DNA from: Candidatus Woesearchaeota archaeon
Lineage (GTDB): Archaea; Nanobdellota; Nanobdellia; Woesearchaeales; UBA10216
Length of the DNA stretch: 64,000 nucleotides
Direction: 5' to 3'
Assembly: GCA_016185705.1 (NCBI GenBank)
Contig: JACPMZ010000010.1
Span: 913 to 64,912, forward strand
In this document: one piece after another, positions 1-10,578 of the stretch
Numbering within the stretch: position 1 is the stretch's first letter
How the letters are laid out: each line of letters opens with the position of its first letter
Made by a program: the position numbers and the translations under genes
Notes under the pieces: generated by a model
What the model was told of the DNA's origin: nothing
The model's database searches: none
What the model saw: the letters and a program-made list of their open reading frames with translations, nothing else

Positions 1-629
1 GCAAGCTGGAATATGTCTTTGACAAGCTTTGCCCCCTCCCCGATGTATTTCTGCACTAATTCTGCTCCGACAATTTCGATGAACGTTGCATTGGTGGCTG
101 TTGCCACTGCTTTTGCAAGCAGTGTTTTTCCGGTTCCTGGCGCTCCATAAAGCAGGATTCCTTTTGGCGGCTCAATGCCTGCTTTCCTGAAAATCTCCGG
201 CTTTTTTAGCGGGAGCTCAACGACTTCGCGAATTTCCTCGATTTGTTTGTCCAGCCCTCCTATTTCCTTCCAGGAAACGTCTGGCTTTGCTACTATGACG
301 AATTTTTCAACGTCAAAATTGTTCTTGCGCTCAACTTTTCCTACGACAACGAGGTTTTTTTGCTCAACCAGAACTGTGTCTCCGGCTTTGACTTTTTCGC
401 AGTCAGCTGATATCTCTACAAAGAACTGGTTGCCATTGGGTATTCTGATGATTGCCTGCGTTCCGTAAACATCTTTTATTTCGCATATCATCAGGGGGGA
501 TTTTTTGTACCTTTCAAGCTCATGCCGAAGCTTGCCCACGTTTTCTTTCAGAATATTGTTTTGTTCCTCAACTATGTTGGAATGAGCTGTGTAGCCGTAA
601 ACCACGTCACCAACTTTTTCAGAGCTCAT
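1..629 (-). CDS. pan: Proteasome-activating nucleotidase PAN (AAA+ ATPase), N-terminal two thirds; C-terminus runs off the window start
   Basis: Reverse translation gives MSSEKVGDVVYGY...coiled coil, an OB region and Walker A GPPGTGKTLLAKAVA. ATG at complement 629..627. Confidence 0.85.
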   Translation of the reverse strand, partial: MSSEKVGDVVYGYTAHSNIVEEQNNILKENVGKLRHELERYKKSPLMICEIKDVYGTQAIIRIPNGNQFFVEISADCEKVKAGDTVLVEQKNLVVVGKVERKNNFDVEKFVIVAKPDVSWKEIGGLDKQIEEIREVVELPLKKPEIFRKAGIEPPKGILLYGAPGTGKTLLAKAVATATNATFIEIVGAELVQKYIGEGAKLVKDIFQL

Positions 630-632
630 TTG

Positions 633-1988
633 TTACGCCACCGATTTGGTCAGGTGTACATCTTTAACAAGTACAGGAGGGGTTATTACAGGCAGCTCAA
701 CTTCCCACCCAAACACATGCTCTTGTTCGCTGCCTATGGCCGCAACATTTCTCATTATGCCCAGCAGGTTGTCGCTTATTCTTAATTCCTTTACTGCGCC
801 AGCAATTTTTCCGTTTTCCACGTAAAACATTCCGTCTCTTGGAATTGTTGAAAAATCTCCGGTGTCGTAGTTTTGGAACCGCGTGTACCAGACGTTTGTT
901 ACGATTAACCCCTTTTTCATGTTGGAAATTATTTCTTCTTTATTAAGTTTTCCTTTATCCAAAACAATATTGAAAGCCGCTGGGCTTACAAGGCCTGCGT
1001 TTGCTGTCGTTTTGGTGTTGTGCTTTCTTGCAGTTGAAGTGTTGTGGAGATATGTTTTCAGGACTCCATCTTGTATCAGCGTGTTTTTTTGTGTTGGCAC
1101 GCCTTCTGCATCAAACTTTGTTGAGTTGAAGCCGTTTGCGAGAGTTCCGTTATCGCTTACAGTTACGCTTTCCGCTGCGACCCGCTTTCCAAGCTTTCCT
1201 GCCAGGCATGACAGGTGCGATTCCACGTTGAAGATGGATGCTGCCTCTCCTAATTGCTGAAGCAGGTTTGAGAAGGGCAGCGGCTCAAACAATACGTCGT
1301 ACTTTCCTTCAGCGCCATTCGCAGGATTTGCAGCCAGCTTTGCGGTTTCTGCTGCGCTTTCTGCTGCTTCAGCTGGCTTGAATTTGCTGAGTATTCTTGA
1401 ATTGCAGACTTTGTGTCCTGAAGCGTTTTTGTCAGCAAATGCCCTTATTGAGAAGTATGCCCTTGTTGCTTTGTCTTCTGCTTCCGCGTTGTTTGTTGTC
1501 AGGATATATCTGCTGCTTACGCTTGATTCCAGCACCCCCGCTGCCCGGGCTGCTCCGTTTTCGGCTGCTGCGTTAATCGCCTCTTCTGTCATGTCAACGC
1601 TTCTGTCTGCAAGCTGTACGATTTTTGAATCATATGTTTCAGGAATTTCTTTGTACTTGAACGGTCCGTCTGCTATTCCGCGGTAATCTTCATTTGGTGT
1701 GGATGCATTGGCAAATTTCATTATTCTCTGGATTGCGTCATAGACTGCTTTTTCCGAGAGGTCCCTTATGGTTGTTGACACCAGTCTCTTTTTTACTTCC
1801 ACAAACACCTCTGCCTTTTCAGCCGCCCAGCTCTGCGTGGTTGCTATTTTGCTGTTTGCAAATTTTATTTGGGAGGCGTCCTCGGATACCATGCTGATAA
1901 TGACGTCGCCTGCTCCGGCTTTTACAAATTTGTCCAGCAGGGATTTTGCGATTGTTGCTTTTTCCATTTTTAGCCCCTCTTTACCCAA
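633..1988 (-). CDS. pmbA: TldE/PmbA-family peptidase (U62)
   Basis: 451-aa ORF, paralogous to the adjacent TldD ORF. Alternative start at the M of MEKATIAK (1967). Confidence 0.75.
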   Translation of the reverse strand: MGKEGLKMEKATIAKSLLDKFVKAGAGDVIISMVSEDASQIKFANSKIATTQSWAAEKAEVFVEVKKRLVSTTIRDLSEKAVYDAIQRIMKFANASTPNEDYRGIADGPFKYKEIPETYDSKIVQLADRSVDMTEEAINAAAENGAARAAGVLESSVSSRYILTTNNAEAEDKATRAYFSIRAFADKNASGHKVCNSRILSKFKPAEAAESAAETAKLAANPANGAEGKYDVLFEPLPFSNLLQQLGEAASIFNVESHLSCLAGKLGKRVAAESVTVSDNGTLANGFNSTKFDAEGVPTQKNTLIQDGVLKTYLHNTSTARKHNTKTTANAGLVSPAAFNIVLDKGKLNKEEIISNMKKGLIVTNVWYTRFQNYDTGDFSTIPRDGMFYVENGKIAGAVKELRISDNLLGIMRNVAAIGSEQEHVFGWEVELPVITPPVLVKDVHLTKSVA

Positions 1989-2013
1989 ATCCGCTTGGCG
2001 GAATGGAGTTTGC

Positions 2014-3435
2014 TTAGGTTTTGTTCCCGAGTTTTATGTTTCTTATTCTCATGGACGGCCCGCCAAACCACACCGGAATGGCTTGCATGGGCTCTGCTTT
2101 GCCGCACGTTCCTGAATGGTATTCCATGTTGTTTGCAACTGCGTCCACAGCGCTCCACAGTGCAGGAGTGGATATTTCTATTACAGGCGCAAATACCGGC
2201 TCCATTATCTGGCCGTTCTGGATAATGTAAGCTTCCGCTCCTGTGTACTTGGCATTCAGGCGCTTGTCATCTATGTTCCATTCCATAAAATTGTTCATGA
2301 AAATTCCGTACCTGACTCCTTCTATCAGTTCTTCCTGCGTCTGCTCTCCGGGCTGAACGTATGTATTTGCCATTCTCACTATTGCTTCCCTGTCGAATGC
2401 TGTTGCCCTGCTCGCTCCGTTGCTTTTTGTTTTCATGGCAGCTGCAGTGCTTCTGTTGTGGAGAAACTCATTGATTATTCCGTTTTTTATCAGGTGCCTC
2501 GGCCTTGCCTTCACGCCATCGTCATCATACAAATAGTAGCCAAAGCTTTCTTCCAGCGTTGGATCGTCAAATATGTTTACTGCATTGCTTCCTATGCGCG
2601 TATTCAGCATGTCCTGCGCAATGAATGTTTCGCCTGCCTGCGCTGCTTCCCTTCCCAGAACGCGGTCTGCTTCGTATGGGTGGCCTACTGATTCGTGCAC
2701 CATTATGCCTGTAACCTGCGGGCCTACGACAATGTCTATTTTGTCTTTTGGCGGCTTTACGCCTTTGCGGAGCATTTTGTCTGTTGTCAGCACTTCTTTC
2801 TTCAGCAGCTCAGGGAAATTTTTGTCCACTATCTTTTCAAATCCGCCTGCGTCACCGTACTGCCAGTAGCGCTGCGCTGTCTTGCCGTTGTTGTTGATTG
2901 TGATGAAGTGCCACAGGTCCACTCTGGGAATTCTTGATACTATTTTTGCCCCTTCGCTGCTCACAAAGTATTTTTCTGTGTAGAAGTCTGCCATTGAGAA
3001 AAATCTTCCGGGAACGTCTACCTTGGTTGCGGCGATTGCCTTTTCTATTTCAAACAGTATGTTGAGCTTATCGCCTGGACTTAGGTTCTCAAGGCTGATT
3101 TTCTGTTTAACTCCGTAATCTGCCTCGTGCGCTTTCTCTGCGCTCATTTCCGTGCTGTCAGCGATTTTTGATGCCTTTGACGTAACCTTCACCGCCTTCT
3201 CAATCATTCGCTTTATTTTTTCCTTCTCAAGAATGTTTATAGATGCAAAGCCAAAGCATCCTCCGGAGTTAAATCTTATTCCGAGCCCCTGCACGCGGTC
3301 AAACCCTGCCATCTGCGGCACGCCGTTTTTGAGAATGAACTCATTGGTTTTTGTTGTCTCAAGCCGGACATCAGCATACTTGGCGCCGAGTTTCATTGCA
3401 TAGTTAAGCGCAAAATCCGCAAGATCAAAATCCAT
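2014..3435 (-). CDS. tldD: TldD-family peptidase (U62)
   Basis: 473-aa ORF paired in tandem with pmbA. HESVGH motif typical of TldD. Confidence 0.8.
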   Translation of the reverse strand: MDFDLADFALNYAMKLGAKYADVRLETTKTNEFILKNGVPQMAGFDRVQGLGIRFNSGGCFGFASINILEKEKIKRMIEKAVKVTSKASKIADSTEMSAEKAHEADYGVKQKISLENLSPGDKLNILFEIEKAIAATKVDVPGRFFSMADFYTEKYFVSSEGAKIVSRIPRVDLWHFITINNNGKTAQRYWQYGDAGGFEKIVDKNFPELLKKEVLTTDKMLRKGVKPPKDKIDIVVGPQVTGIMVHESVGHPYEADRVLGREAAQAGETFIAQDMLNTRIGSNAVNIFDDPTLEESFGYYLYDDDGVKARPRHLIKNGIINEFLHNRSTAAAMKTKSNGASRATAFDREAIVRMANTYVQPGEQTQEELIEGVRYGIFMNNFMEWNIDDKRLNAKYTGAEAYIIQNGQIMEPVFAPVIEISTPALWSAVDAVANNMEYHSGTCGKAEPMQAIPVWFGGPSMRIRNIKLGNKT

Positions 3436-3512
3436 GACAGCAAGATAAACTGCAAATTTATAAAGTTTATGCAGTTCTGAGTGCTGCAGAAACTCCTGCT
3501 CTTTTCCTCAGC

Positions 3513-4172
3513 TTATTTTCCGAACCTGAAGAAAGACCGTAACTGGTTTCTTCTTCCAGCGTTTTGTGTTTTAGTTTCCTTCAGAAGCCCGTATAATATC
3601 GCTACCTGCTGGTATAATGAATTCAGCCAGCGTAAGAAGGATTCAAGCGTTGAGATGTATGTTCGCGCCATGTTTTTAGCCTGGTTAAGGCGCAGCTCGT
3701 CATTCACATTGATGGCATTGTCCATTTCATGGGCTAAATCGTAAAGCTCGCCTATTTTTTTCTTTATTTTATATACATGATTTTTTGCCTGCGCTAAAGC
3801 TTCTTGTTCTTTTCCAGACGGTGGCATAACTTTCTTGGCCAAATACTCAGCTATTTTTATTAGTTTTTGCCCATCTGCTAATGAGCCCTGCAGCTCATTC
3901 ATCGCTTGGTGCAGATCGTATTTGGCATACCTGATGTCGCGGGTTGCGCTCATTAATTCTATGTGCGCCCCGGCAAGGCGTCTGTCATTGATTGTTATGC
4001 TGTTGCCGTGCTGGCTTACAGCGCGCGTTAAGAAAAAAATTGCTCCATTATCTCCCATTATGAATTTATATGCTTTTTTAAGGCGGTTGCCTTCATCCCG
4101 CAAAAACTTTTCTTCCTCAGTTACAGCATTTGTTATTTGGTGGCTGCCTATCGAAATTTTTGAATCCAGCAT
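3513..4172 (-). CDS. Hypothetical alpha-helical protein
   Basis: 219-aa ORF with no recognisable motif. Confidence 0.4.
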   Translation of the reverse strand: MLDSKISIGSHQITNAVTEEEKFLRDEGNRLKKAYKFIMGDNGAIFFLTRAVSQHGNSITINDRRLAGAHIELMSATRDIRYAKYDLHQAMNELQGSLADGQKLIKIAEYLAKKVMPPSGKEQEALAQAKNHVYKIKKKIGELYDLAHEMDNAINVNDELRLNQAKNMARTYISTLESFLRWLNSLYQQVAILYGLLKETKTQNAGRRNQLRSFFRFGK

Positions 4173-4211
4173 TTTACGCCGCTTTTAAGAATTGTGTATA
4201 AAAAACTTTCT

Positions 4212-5288
4212 CTACCTTGTCACTTCAAATCCTTTGACTTCCTCAGCCAGCTTCCTTGCCCTGCCGTTTGCTTTGAAGTGCTGCCTTACTGGCTCCAGAA
4301 GCTCATTGATTGCGCCTGCAACAGCAGTCTTTAAATCAGCAGGGTGCAGCTTGCCGCTGCCATAAATTTTTTCCATTTCGCCATAGTCTGCAATGCTCAG
4401 GTTTCCTCCAAACTTTTCTGGCCTTTTTATTTCCAGCGTTTTCATTTTTTCAAAGACAATGTATTTGCAGTATTCAAGCACCGGGTTTTCCTTGGTTGTT
4501 TTTTCAGGGCAGTAGGCTTTTGAGATTTTCCGGGTTACATCTTCAGCAGAGTCTGTCATGAATATGGCTGTTTCCGGCTTTGATTTTGACATTTTCAGCT
4601 CAATCGCCCTGTCGGTGGCGTCTTTTGTGTCAGTTTTCGGCTCCGACAGTCCCATCAGCATGTGATGGCTTACCACCACTGGTTTCCGGTAGCCGAGTTT
4701 TTCGCCAAGCTCGCGCGCAAGCACATTCACTTTGCGCTGGTCCTGTCCGAGCTGCGCGATGTCCACTTCCAGCTCAAATATGTCTGCTGCCTGCATGCAC
4801 GGATAAAGTATCTGGGATGCCTGCTGAATTTCGGATTCTTTCCTGCCCATTATCTGGCCTGTCCTGATTATGCGCTTGACAGTTGCGTTTCTTGATATCT
4901 GCAGTACTTTCTTCCAGTATTCCTGGCTGCTGACAACCTCTGATGAGCGGACAAACTTCACTTTGTCAACATCCATTCCGGCTGCTTTCCACACTTCAAT
5001 GAGGTAGTCGCCGCATTTCTGTATTTTCTCCAAATCACCGCCAAGCTTGTTGTTTGCCCACGCATGCCAGTCTGCTGCAAACATCTTGAAGGTGCATCCT
5101 GCCTTAATCATCTTGTTGACATTTATAGACCGAAGAATTCCCTGCGCAATGTGAATCTGGCCTGATGGCTCAAAGCCGTCGTAAGCAACAGGATTCTTTT
5201 TTTCCTCAAGCAGTTCCTTAAGCTCAGCTTCGGTGATTATTTCCTCTCCAACTTCCTTGATAAGCTGCAACCGCTCCTGAACGTCCAT
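4212..5288 (-). CDS. tyrS: Tyrosyl-tRNA synthetase, archaeal type
   Basis: Class I aaRS features and an archaeal TyrRS-like sequence. KMSKS motif (LKMSKSKP) near the C-terminus. Confidence 0.85.
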   Translation of the reverse strand: MDVQERLQLIKEVGEEIITEAELKELLEEKKNPVAYDGFEPSGQIHIAQGILRSINVNKMIKAGCTFKMFAADWHAWANNKLGGDLEKIQKCGDYLIEVWKAAGMDVDKVKFVRSSEVVSSQEYWKKVLQISRNATVKRIIRTGQIMGRKESEIQQASQILYPCMQAADIFELEVDIAQLGQDQRKVNVLARELGEKLGYRKPVVVSHHMLMGLSEPKTDTKDATDRAIELKMSKSKPETAIFMTDSAEDVTRKISKAYCPEKTTKENPVLEYCKYIVFEKMKTLEIKRPEKFGGNLSIADYGEMEKIYGSGKLHPADLKTAVAGAINELLEPVRQHFKANGRARKLAEEVKGFEVTR

Positions 5289-5633
5289 GCCAGCAACTCC
5301 TTAAAACGACGATATAAATGTTTTTGTTTTTTTGGTGATGTCAAGTTGCGCATCAGCCTTTCTGACATTTCAATTGCTGCCAGCTGCTTCCCTCCCCATA
5401 ATACAGTGCAGTATCCCTGCATGCGCATGCTTTTCTCCCAAGCTTCCTTTTTCCCTCCCTCGCCTTTGCGAAGCCAGGGAAAAAGGAAGGCAAAGATGCT
5501 GCGGAGAGTCTGGTTTTAATTGAGGGAAAAAACAGCGCAGTTGCTCAGTAAGCACGCTGCTGATGCCTGTATGGCAGTCAACCCACTCGCCACTGGACAT
5601 ATGGCGGAAAGCTATATAAAGAAGTAAGTTAAT

Positions 5634-6452
5634 TTGCTTTGGATGGCAGGAATTATCAGCGTAACTGACCTTTGCTCCTTTAAGTTTTGCGAGCGTGGGC
5701 TGTACATTAAGAAAGTTCTTGGATTCAGGGAGCCGGTTAAGCCGGTCATGGTGCTGGGCAGCATCAGGCACAAGGTGTATGATGATGCCAACAAGAAAGA
5801 GGAAGAACTCATTTCCCAGATTACATCTGACCTTAAACGCAATGAGGTGCTGCAGATGTTTGCCAACGCTTACAACGGGATTCTTAACAAAAGCATAGTC
5901 AGCTTTTCTCAGCAGCTTAGGGATTTAAACATGGACCTGAACGAAGTTACAGTGAATATGCACGAAGCCGTTGCCTCGCAGGCAGCTTCGCGGGCTGATG
6001 AAATCATCAGTTTTTCTTCCAAAAATAATGTGTTCGGTGAGCAGTTGTGGCAGCAGCTTACTCCAAAGATTATTTCTGAGCTTAAGGTCAGTTCTGAAAA
6101 ATTAAGATTAAAAGGCGTTATTGACCGCATTGAGGACCGCGGCTCTGAGTACGTTCCTGTTGAAATCAAGACCGGCCGTGCGCCAAATGAGGGCGTCTGG
6201 CCTGACCACCGGCTGCAGCTTTCTGCGTATGCGATGCTTCTTAGGGAAGAGCTTAAATTCAACATCAAAGAGTGCCTCGTCAAGTACGTTGCCGCTGACC
6301 AGACGCGGCAGGTTGTCATGAATCCCTTCATGGAGTACGAAGTTACCGAAACTGTTAACAGCGTTTTCCAGCTGCTGGGGCAGAATGAAATTCCTGACGT
6401 GTGCGGCAAGAGCTACTGCATTTGGCTAAGAACCCCTATCATAAACCGCTAA
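5634..6452 (+). CDS. cas4: Cas4-like PD-(D/E)XK nuclease (DUF83), solo
   Basis: N-terminal FCERGLY resembles the YCPRKLY box. Has EIK (VPVEIKTGR) and QxxxY (QLSAY) RecB motifs. C-terminal CGKSYC Cys cluster. No cas genes or CRISPR nearby. Confidence 0.6.
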   Translation: MLWMAGIISVTDLCSFKFCERGLYIKKVLGFREPVKPVMVLGSIRHKVYDDANKKEEELISQITSDLKRNEVLQMFANAYNGILNKSIVSFSQQLRDLNMDLNEVTVNMHEAVASQAASRADEIISFSSKNNVFGEQLWQQLTPKIISELKVSSEKLRLKGVIDRIEDRGSEYVPVEIKTGRAPNEGVWPDHRLQLSAYAMLLREELKFNIKECLVKYVAADQTRQVVMNPFMEYEVTETVNSVFQLLGQNEIPDVCGKSYCIWLRTPIINR

Positions 6453-6584
6453 AAGTGGCTTGAATGATTCCTGTTTAATTCTTTATTCCGCGTTCGGTTT
6501 TTTTCATGCAGCGCAAGGAAGCCATTGGAAACTTTACAATACAACTTAAAAAGTTTTATATAATGTTAGGTGTTGCCGGTTATC

Positions 6585-7646
6585 ATGCCATTCGACATTG
6601 ATTATTTGCTTGCTTTCCGGCTCTGGAACAATTCAGGCCAGGATTATCTGGCAGCTTTAATCATGGTTGCCGTCGGCATTATGGCTCTGAAGCTGTTCAA
6701 GAGAGTTGTCATGCGCCGGCTTAAGAAGCTGGCTTCCCGCACTTCTGCTGACATTGATGACTTCATTATTGGCATTCTTGACCAGCTCCACTGGCCGCTG
6801 TATTTTCTTATCTCAGTTTACATTGCATCGCAGACACTGGCGCTGCCGCAGTTTGTTAACAAGGTATTTGGCTATGCCTTGGTTATAGGCGTAACCTATT
6901 ATATTGTCCGAGTTCTTGCTGCCCTGCTTGACTACGCCACTTCCAAATTGGTTGCCGTGCGTGAAAGGGAAGATAAGCACGAGGCGCAGGTAATTAGAAC
7001 CCTGTCGCGCATCGTCAAGGGCGTAATATGGGCTGTCGCAATTTTGATGGTTATTTCCAATCTGGGCTACAACGTCACCACGCTCGTAGCCGGCCTCGGC
7101 ATTGGCGGCTTGGCTGTTGCGTTTGCTTTGCAGAAAATTCTTGAGGACATTTTCAGCTCAATCTCTATTTATTTTGACAAGCCGTTCCAGGTTGGCGATT
7201 TCATCATTGTTGGCGAGCATCTTGGCGTTGTCAAGAAGATTGGAATAAAAAGCACCCGCATCCAGGCATTGCAGGGCGAGGAAATAGTCATCTCCAACCG
7301 CGAGCTCACCTCTACCAGAATCCAGAACTTCAAGCAGATGCAGAAGCGCAGGGTTGTTTTTGATTTTGGCGTTACCTACAGCACCTCAAATGCGAAGCTG
7401 CAGAAAGCTGCTCAAATAGTGAAGGATGTTGTTGAAAAAGCAAAGCTCGCTGAGCTTGACCGCGTTCATTTCAAGGAATTTGGCGATTTTAGCTTAAATT
7501 TTGAGGTTGTGTACTATCTGAAGTCAAAGGAGTACAACGACTACATGGACACGCAGCAGGAAATCAATCTGGGCATTAAGGAGCGCTTTGAAAAGGAGAA
7601 GATTGAGTTTGCCTACCCCACCCAGACTGTTTATGTTACAAAATAA
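6585..7646 (+). CDS. mscS: Small-conductance mechanosensitive channel MscS family
   Basis: TM segments followed by the MscS beta domain (PFQVGDFIIVGEHLGVVKKIGIKSTRI). TATA-like TTTTATATAA about 25 nt upstream of ATG 6585. The ORF track starts at GTG 6570. Confidence 0.8.
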   Translation: MPFDIDYLLAFRLWNNSGQDYLAALIMVAVGIMALKLFKRVVMRRLKKLASRTSADIDDFIIGILDQLHWPLYFLISVYIASQTLALPQFVNKVFGYALVIGVTYYIVRVLAALLDYATSKLVAVREREDKHEAQVIRTLSRIVKGVIWAVAILMVISNLGYNVTTLVAGLGIGGLAVAFALQKILEDIFSSISIYFDKPFQVGDFIIVGEHLGVVKKIGIKSTRIQALQGEEIVISNRELTSTRIQNFKQMQKRRVVFDFGVTYSTSNAKLQKAAQIVKDVVEKAKLAELDRVHFKEFGDFSLNFEVVYYLKSKEYNDYMDTQQEINLGIKERFEKEKIEFAYPTQTVYVTK

Positions 7647-7658
7647 GGTGTTTGCAAA

Positions 7659-8219
7659 ATGCTTGCAGATTTATTGTTGCCGCTGGCAGTCATTGCAATT
7701 GCCGAGATTGGGGACAAAACGCAGCTTGCTATGATGTCAATGGCTGCCAGGTACGGGCACACCCTCCAGATATTTTTCGGGGCTATGGTTGCATCTGCGC
7801 TTGTTGACGGTTCTGCGGTCGTCTTTGGAAGCTATGTTGCCAGATTCATCCCGGTAAATGTGCTGCTTGTGGCTTCAGGGCTGATTTTCGTTGCCGTAGG
7901 CGTTTTCACGCTCATCAGGCGGGAGGAGGAAAGCGTAAAAATGAAGGGCAGAAAGTCTGTGTTTCTAATGGCGTTTTCCCTTTTTTTCGTAAGCGAGTTT
8001 GGAGACAAGTCGCAGGTGGCAGCGTTTTTATTTGGAGCAAACTACAATGTTTTTCTTGCCTTTCTCGGAGCTGTTGCAGGCATAGCAATTGTTCTTTCTC
8101 TTATGCTTCTCATCGGGAAGCTCATAAGAAGGCGCCTTAATGAGAAAATCGTTAGGATTGCATCATCGCTTCTTTTCCTCATATTAGGAGTTCTGACCCT
8201 TGCTAAGGCATTGGCATAG
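7659..8219 (+). CDS. GDT1/TMEM165 (UPF0016) family cation/H+ antiporter
   Basis: Two E-x-G-D-K-(T/S) motifs (EIGDKTQLA and EFGDKSQVA) in a 6-TM protein. Confidence 0.8.
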   Translation: MLADLLLPLAVIAIAEIGDKTQLAMMSMAARYGHTLQIFFGAMVASALVDGSAVVFGSYVARFIPVNVLLVASGLIFVAVGVFTLIRREEESVKMKGRKSVFLMAFSLFFVSEFGDKSQVAAFLFGANYNVFLAFLGAVAGIAIVLSLMLLIGKLIRRRLNEKIVRIASSLLFLILGVLTLAKALA

Positions 8220-8230
8220 CTGCTGCTGCC

Positions 8231-9673
8231 GTGCAATTCGCCATCCCAAAAGACAAACTTATTAAAGTTCAAATGCTGCTTCAGGCCATGGCAAAAACAG
8301 CTTTCATCATTTTCGGCTTTACAGGCGATTTGGCCAAGCGCAAGCTGATTCCTGCCCTGTACAGTCTTATGCTTAAGGGGAAATTGGGCTATGGCATAGT
8401 TGGCGTGGGCAGGCGTAAGCTGTCGGCAGATGATGTAACGAAGGTTCTGGATGAGTCTGCCAGGGACTTTATTGGCGCTGTCAGTCAAAAGGCATGGGCC
8501 GGGTTCAGGAAAAAGATAAGTTATTTTCGGCTTGACTACGGGGAGGAGTCTTCGTACAGGCAGCTGGCTGAGCGCCTGAAACCTTACAGCAATCGCTCTT
8601 TTTATCTTGCCCTGCCTTCCGAAGTATTCGGGCCTGTAACCGGGAAAATGAAGTCTTCGGGTTTGTTGAGGGGCGGCGGCTGGAACCGCGTTATTTTCGA
8701 GAAGCCATTTGGCTTTGATTTGGAGTCTGCGCGCAGTCTGAACAGGGAAATTACAGCTGTCTTTGCGGAAAGGGAAATCTACAGGATAGACCATTACCTT
8801 GCCAAGCAGTTTGTGCAGAATATTCTTTTCTTCAGGTTTGCAAATGCGATGTTTGAGCAGATTTGGAACAATAACTTTATTGACAATGTGCAGATAACTT
8901 TGGCTGAGCGGGATGGTGTCGGGGTCAGGGGCGAGTACTATGATGCCTATGGCGCTGTTCGTGACATGGTTCAGAATCATGCCCTGCAGATTATGAGCTT
9001 GGTTGCCATGGAGTCTCCCAAATCTGCGGCTGACGCTACGCCTGAAAAAGTCAGGGTGTTGAAATGCATTGAGGCGGACAAAGTGGTTATTGGCCAGTAC
9101 GGGAAAGGCGCAATTAATGGAGAAGTGGTCCGCCCCTACATAAGTGAGGCGGATGTTGCTCCGGATTCTGTGACCGAAACATTTGCTGCAGTCAGCTTTG
9201 GCATCCGCAACAGGCGCTGGGAAGGCGTTCCTTTCTATGTCAGGACAGGCAAGCGGCTTGCCTCGGGCTATGCTGAAGTGAATATCCTGATAAAAGACTC
9301 TGTCTGCACGCTTTTCTGTGATGAGCGTAAAATGCACCCTAACGTAATCACCGTAAGGATTCAGCCTGATGAGGGCATTTCCATAAGGTTTAATGTTAAG
9401 TCTCACGGCAGCGTTGCTGCTGTCAATCCTGTGGTAATGGATTTCAGGCATAAGGCTGCCTTTGGCTTCAATGCTCCTGAAGCATATGAGACCCTGCTGG
9501 CTGCTGTCATGGAAGGCGAGCAGTCTTTGTTCACCAGCTGGGACGAGGCAGAGCAGAGCTGGAAAATAGTTGACCCGATACTTCGCAACATAAAAAGCAG
9601 GAAGCCGGTTGTTTACAGGGCAGGCAGCTTCGGCCCAAAGGAAGCGGATAATTTGCCGGGAAAGTGGATTTGA
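8231..9673 (+). CDS. zwf: Glucose-6-phosphate 1-dehydrogenase (start possibly at 8273)
   Basis: GxxGDLAKRK NADP motif, RIDHYLAKQ, and EKPFG motifs. Confidence 0.9.
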   Translation: MQFAIPKDKLIKVQMLLQAMAKTAFIIFGFTGDLAKRKLIPALYSLMLKGKLGYGIVGVGRRKLSADDVTKVLDESARDFIGAVSQKAWAGFRKKISYFRLDYGEESSYRQLAERLKPYSNRSFYLALPSEVFGPVTGKMKSSGLLRGGGWNRVIFEKPFGFDLESARSLNREITAVFAEREIYRIDHYLAKQFVQNILFFRFANAMFEQIWNNNFIDNVQITLAERDGVGVRGEYYDAYGAVRDMVQNHALQIMSLVAMESPKSAADATPEKVRVLKCIEADKVVIGQYGKGAINGEVVRPYISEADVAPDSVTETFAAVSFGIRNRRWEGVPFYVRTGKRLASGYAEVNILIKDSVCTLFCDERKMHPNVITVRIQPDEGISIRFNVKSHGSVAAVNPVVMDFRHKAAFGFNAPEAYETLLAAVMEGEQSLFTSWDEAEQSWKIVDPILRNIKSRKPVVYRAGSFGPKEADNLPGKWI

Positions 9674-9682
9674 GGTGAAAGA

Positions 9683-10576
9683 ATGAGGCTTGGCTTTATC
9701 GGGCTTGGAAGGATGGGGCATAATGTTGTTCTGAACCTTATGGATAAAGGCCATGGCGTTGTTGCTTACAATCGTTCTCCGGGCAAGGTAAGAGGCGTAG
9801 TTAAGAAGGGTGCGATTGGCGCTTATTCTGTTGCAGAGCTTGTTCAGAAGCTGCAAAAACCAAGGGTGATTATTTTAATGGTTACTGCAGGCAGCCCTGT
9901 TGATGCTGTTCTTCAGCAGCTTTTGCCATTGCTTTCAAAGGGCGATGCCATTATCGAAGCTGGTAATTCGTGGTTTGAAGACTCGGTTAGGCGTTACAGC
10001 TTATGTAAGAAAAAAAGTGTCAATTTCATCGACATGGGCACGTCAGGCGGCTTGGCAGGAGCAAGGCATGGCGCTTCCCTGACTATCGGCGGTGATAAGC
10101 ATGTCTTCAGGAAATACGAAAAATTATTCAGGGATATTGCGGCAAAAGACGGCTATGCTTATGTCGGCAGCTCAGGGGCAGGCCACTTTGTCAAGATGGT
10201 GCACAACGGCATTGAGTATGCTTTGGAGGAGGCATACGCAGAGGGCTTTGAATTGCTTAACAAAAGCAGATACAGACTTAATCTGGAAAAAATTGCCAAG
10301 GTCTGGAGCCGCGGCTCAATCATCAGGTCTTACCTGTCGGAGTTGGCAGAATCTGTTTTCAGGAAAGATGCGAATCTGAAAAAATTCAGGGGCTCTATTG
10401 GAGGAGGAGAGACAGGAGCTTGGACTCTTAAAGTTGCCAACCGGGAAAAAGTGGAGATGCAGACGCTTGCACATGCTCTGAAAATACGCAAACAGTCATT
10501 AAAAAAGCAGACGTTTGCAACCAAATTTGTTTCTGCGCTGCGCGCTGAATTCGGCGGCCATAAGGAGGCAAAGTAA
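9683..10576 (+). CDS. gnd: 6-phosphogluconate dehydrogenase, decarboxylating (short form)
   Basis: GLGRMG Rossmann motif and the 6PGDH signature region (GSSGAGHFVKMVHNGIEY). Confidence 0.85.
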   Translation: MRLGFIGLGRMGHNVVLNLMDKGHGVVAYNRSPGKVRGVVKKGAIGAYSVAELVQKLQKPRVIILMVTAGSPVDAVLQQLLPLLSKGDAIIEAGNSWFEDSVRRYSLCKKKSVNFIDMGTSGGLAGARHGASLTIGGDKHVFRKYEKLFRDIAAKDGYAYVGSSGAGHFVKMVHNGIEYALEEAYAEGFELLNKSRYRLNLEKIAKVWSRGSIIRSYLSELAESVFRKDANLKKFRGSIGGGETGAWTLKVANREKVEMQTLAHALKIRKQSLKKQTFATKFVSALRAEFGGHKEAK

Positions 10577-10578
10577 CC

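Noticed and set aside
5237-5771. Short ORFs in the tyrS/cas4 intergenic region (5237..5428, 5332..5523, 5370..5771)
   Set aside because: They overlap each other, the hairpin and the cas4 start. No SD or motif. Likely non-coding promoter region.
8042-9856. 604-aa minus-strand ORF
   Set aside because: Entirely antisense to zwf, which has strong G6PDH motifs. No recognisable domain, and an Arg/Leu-rich composition typical of shadow ORFs.
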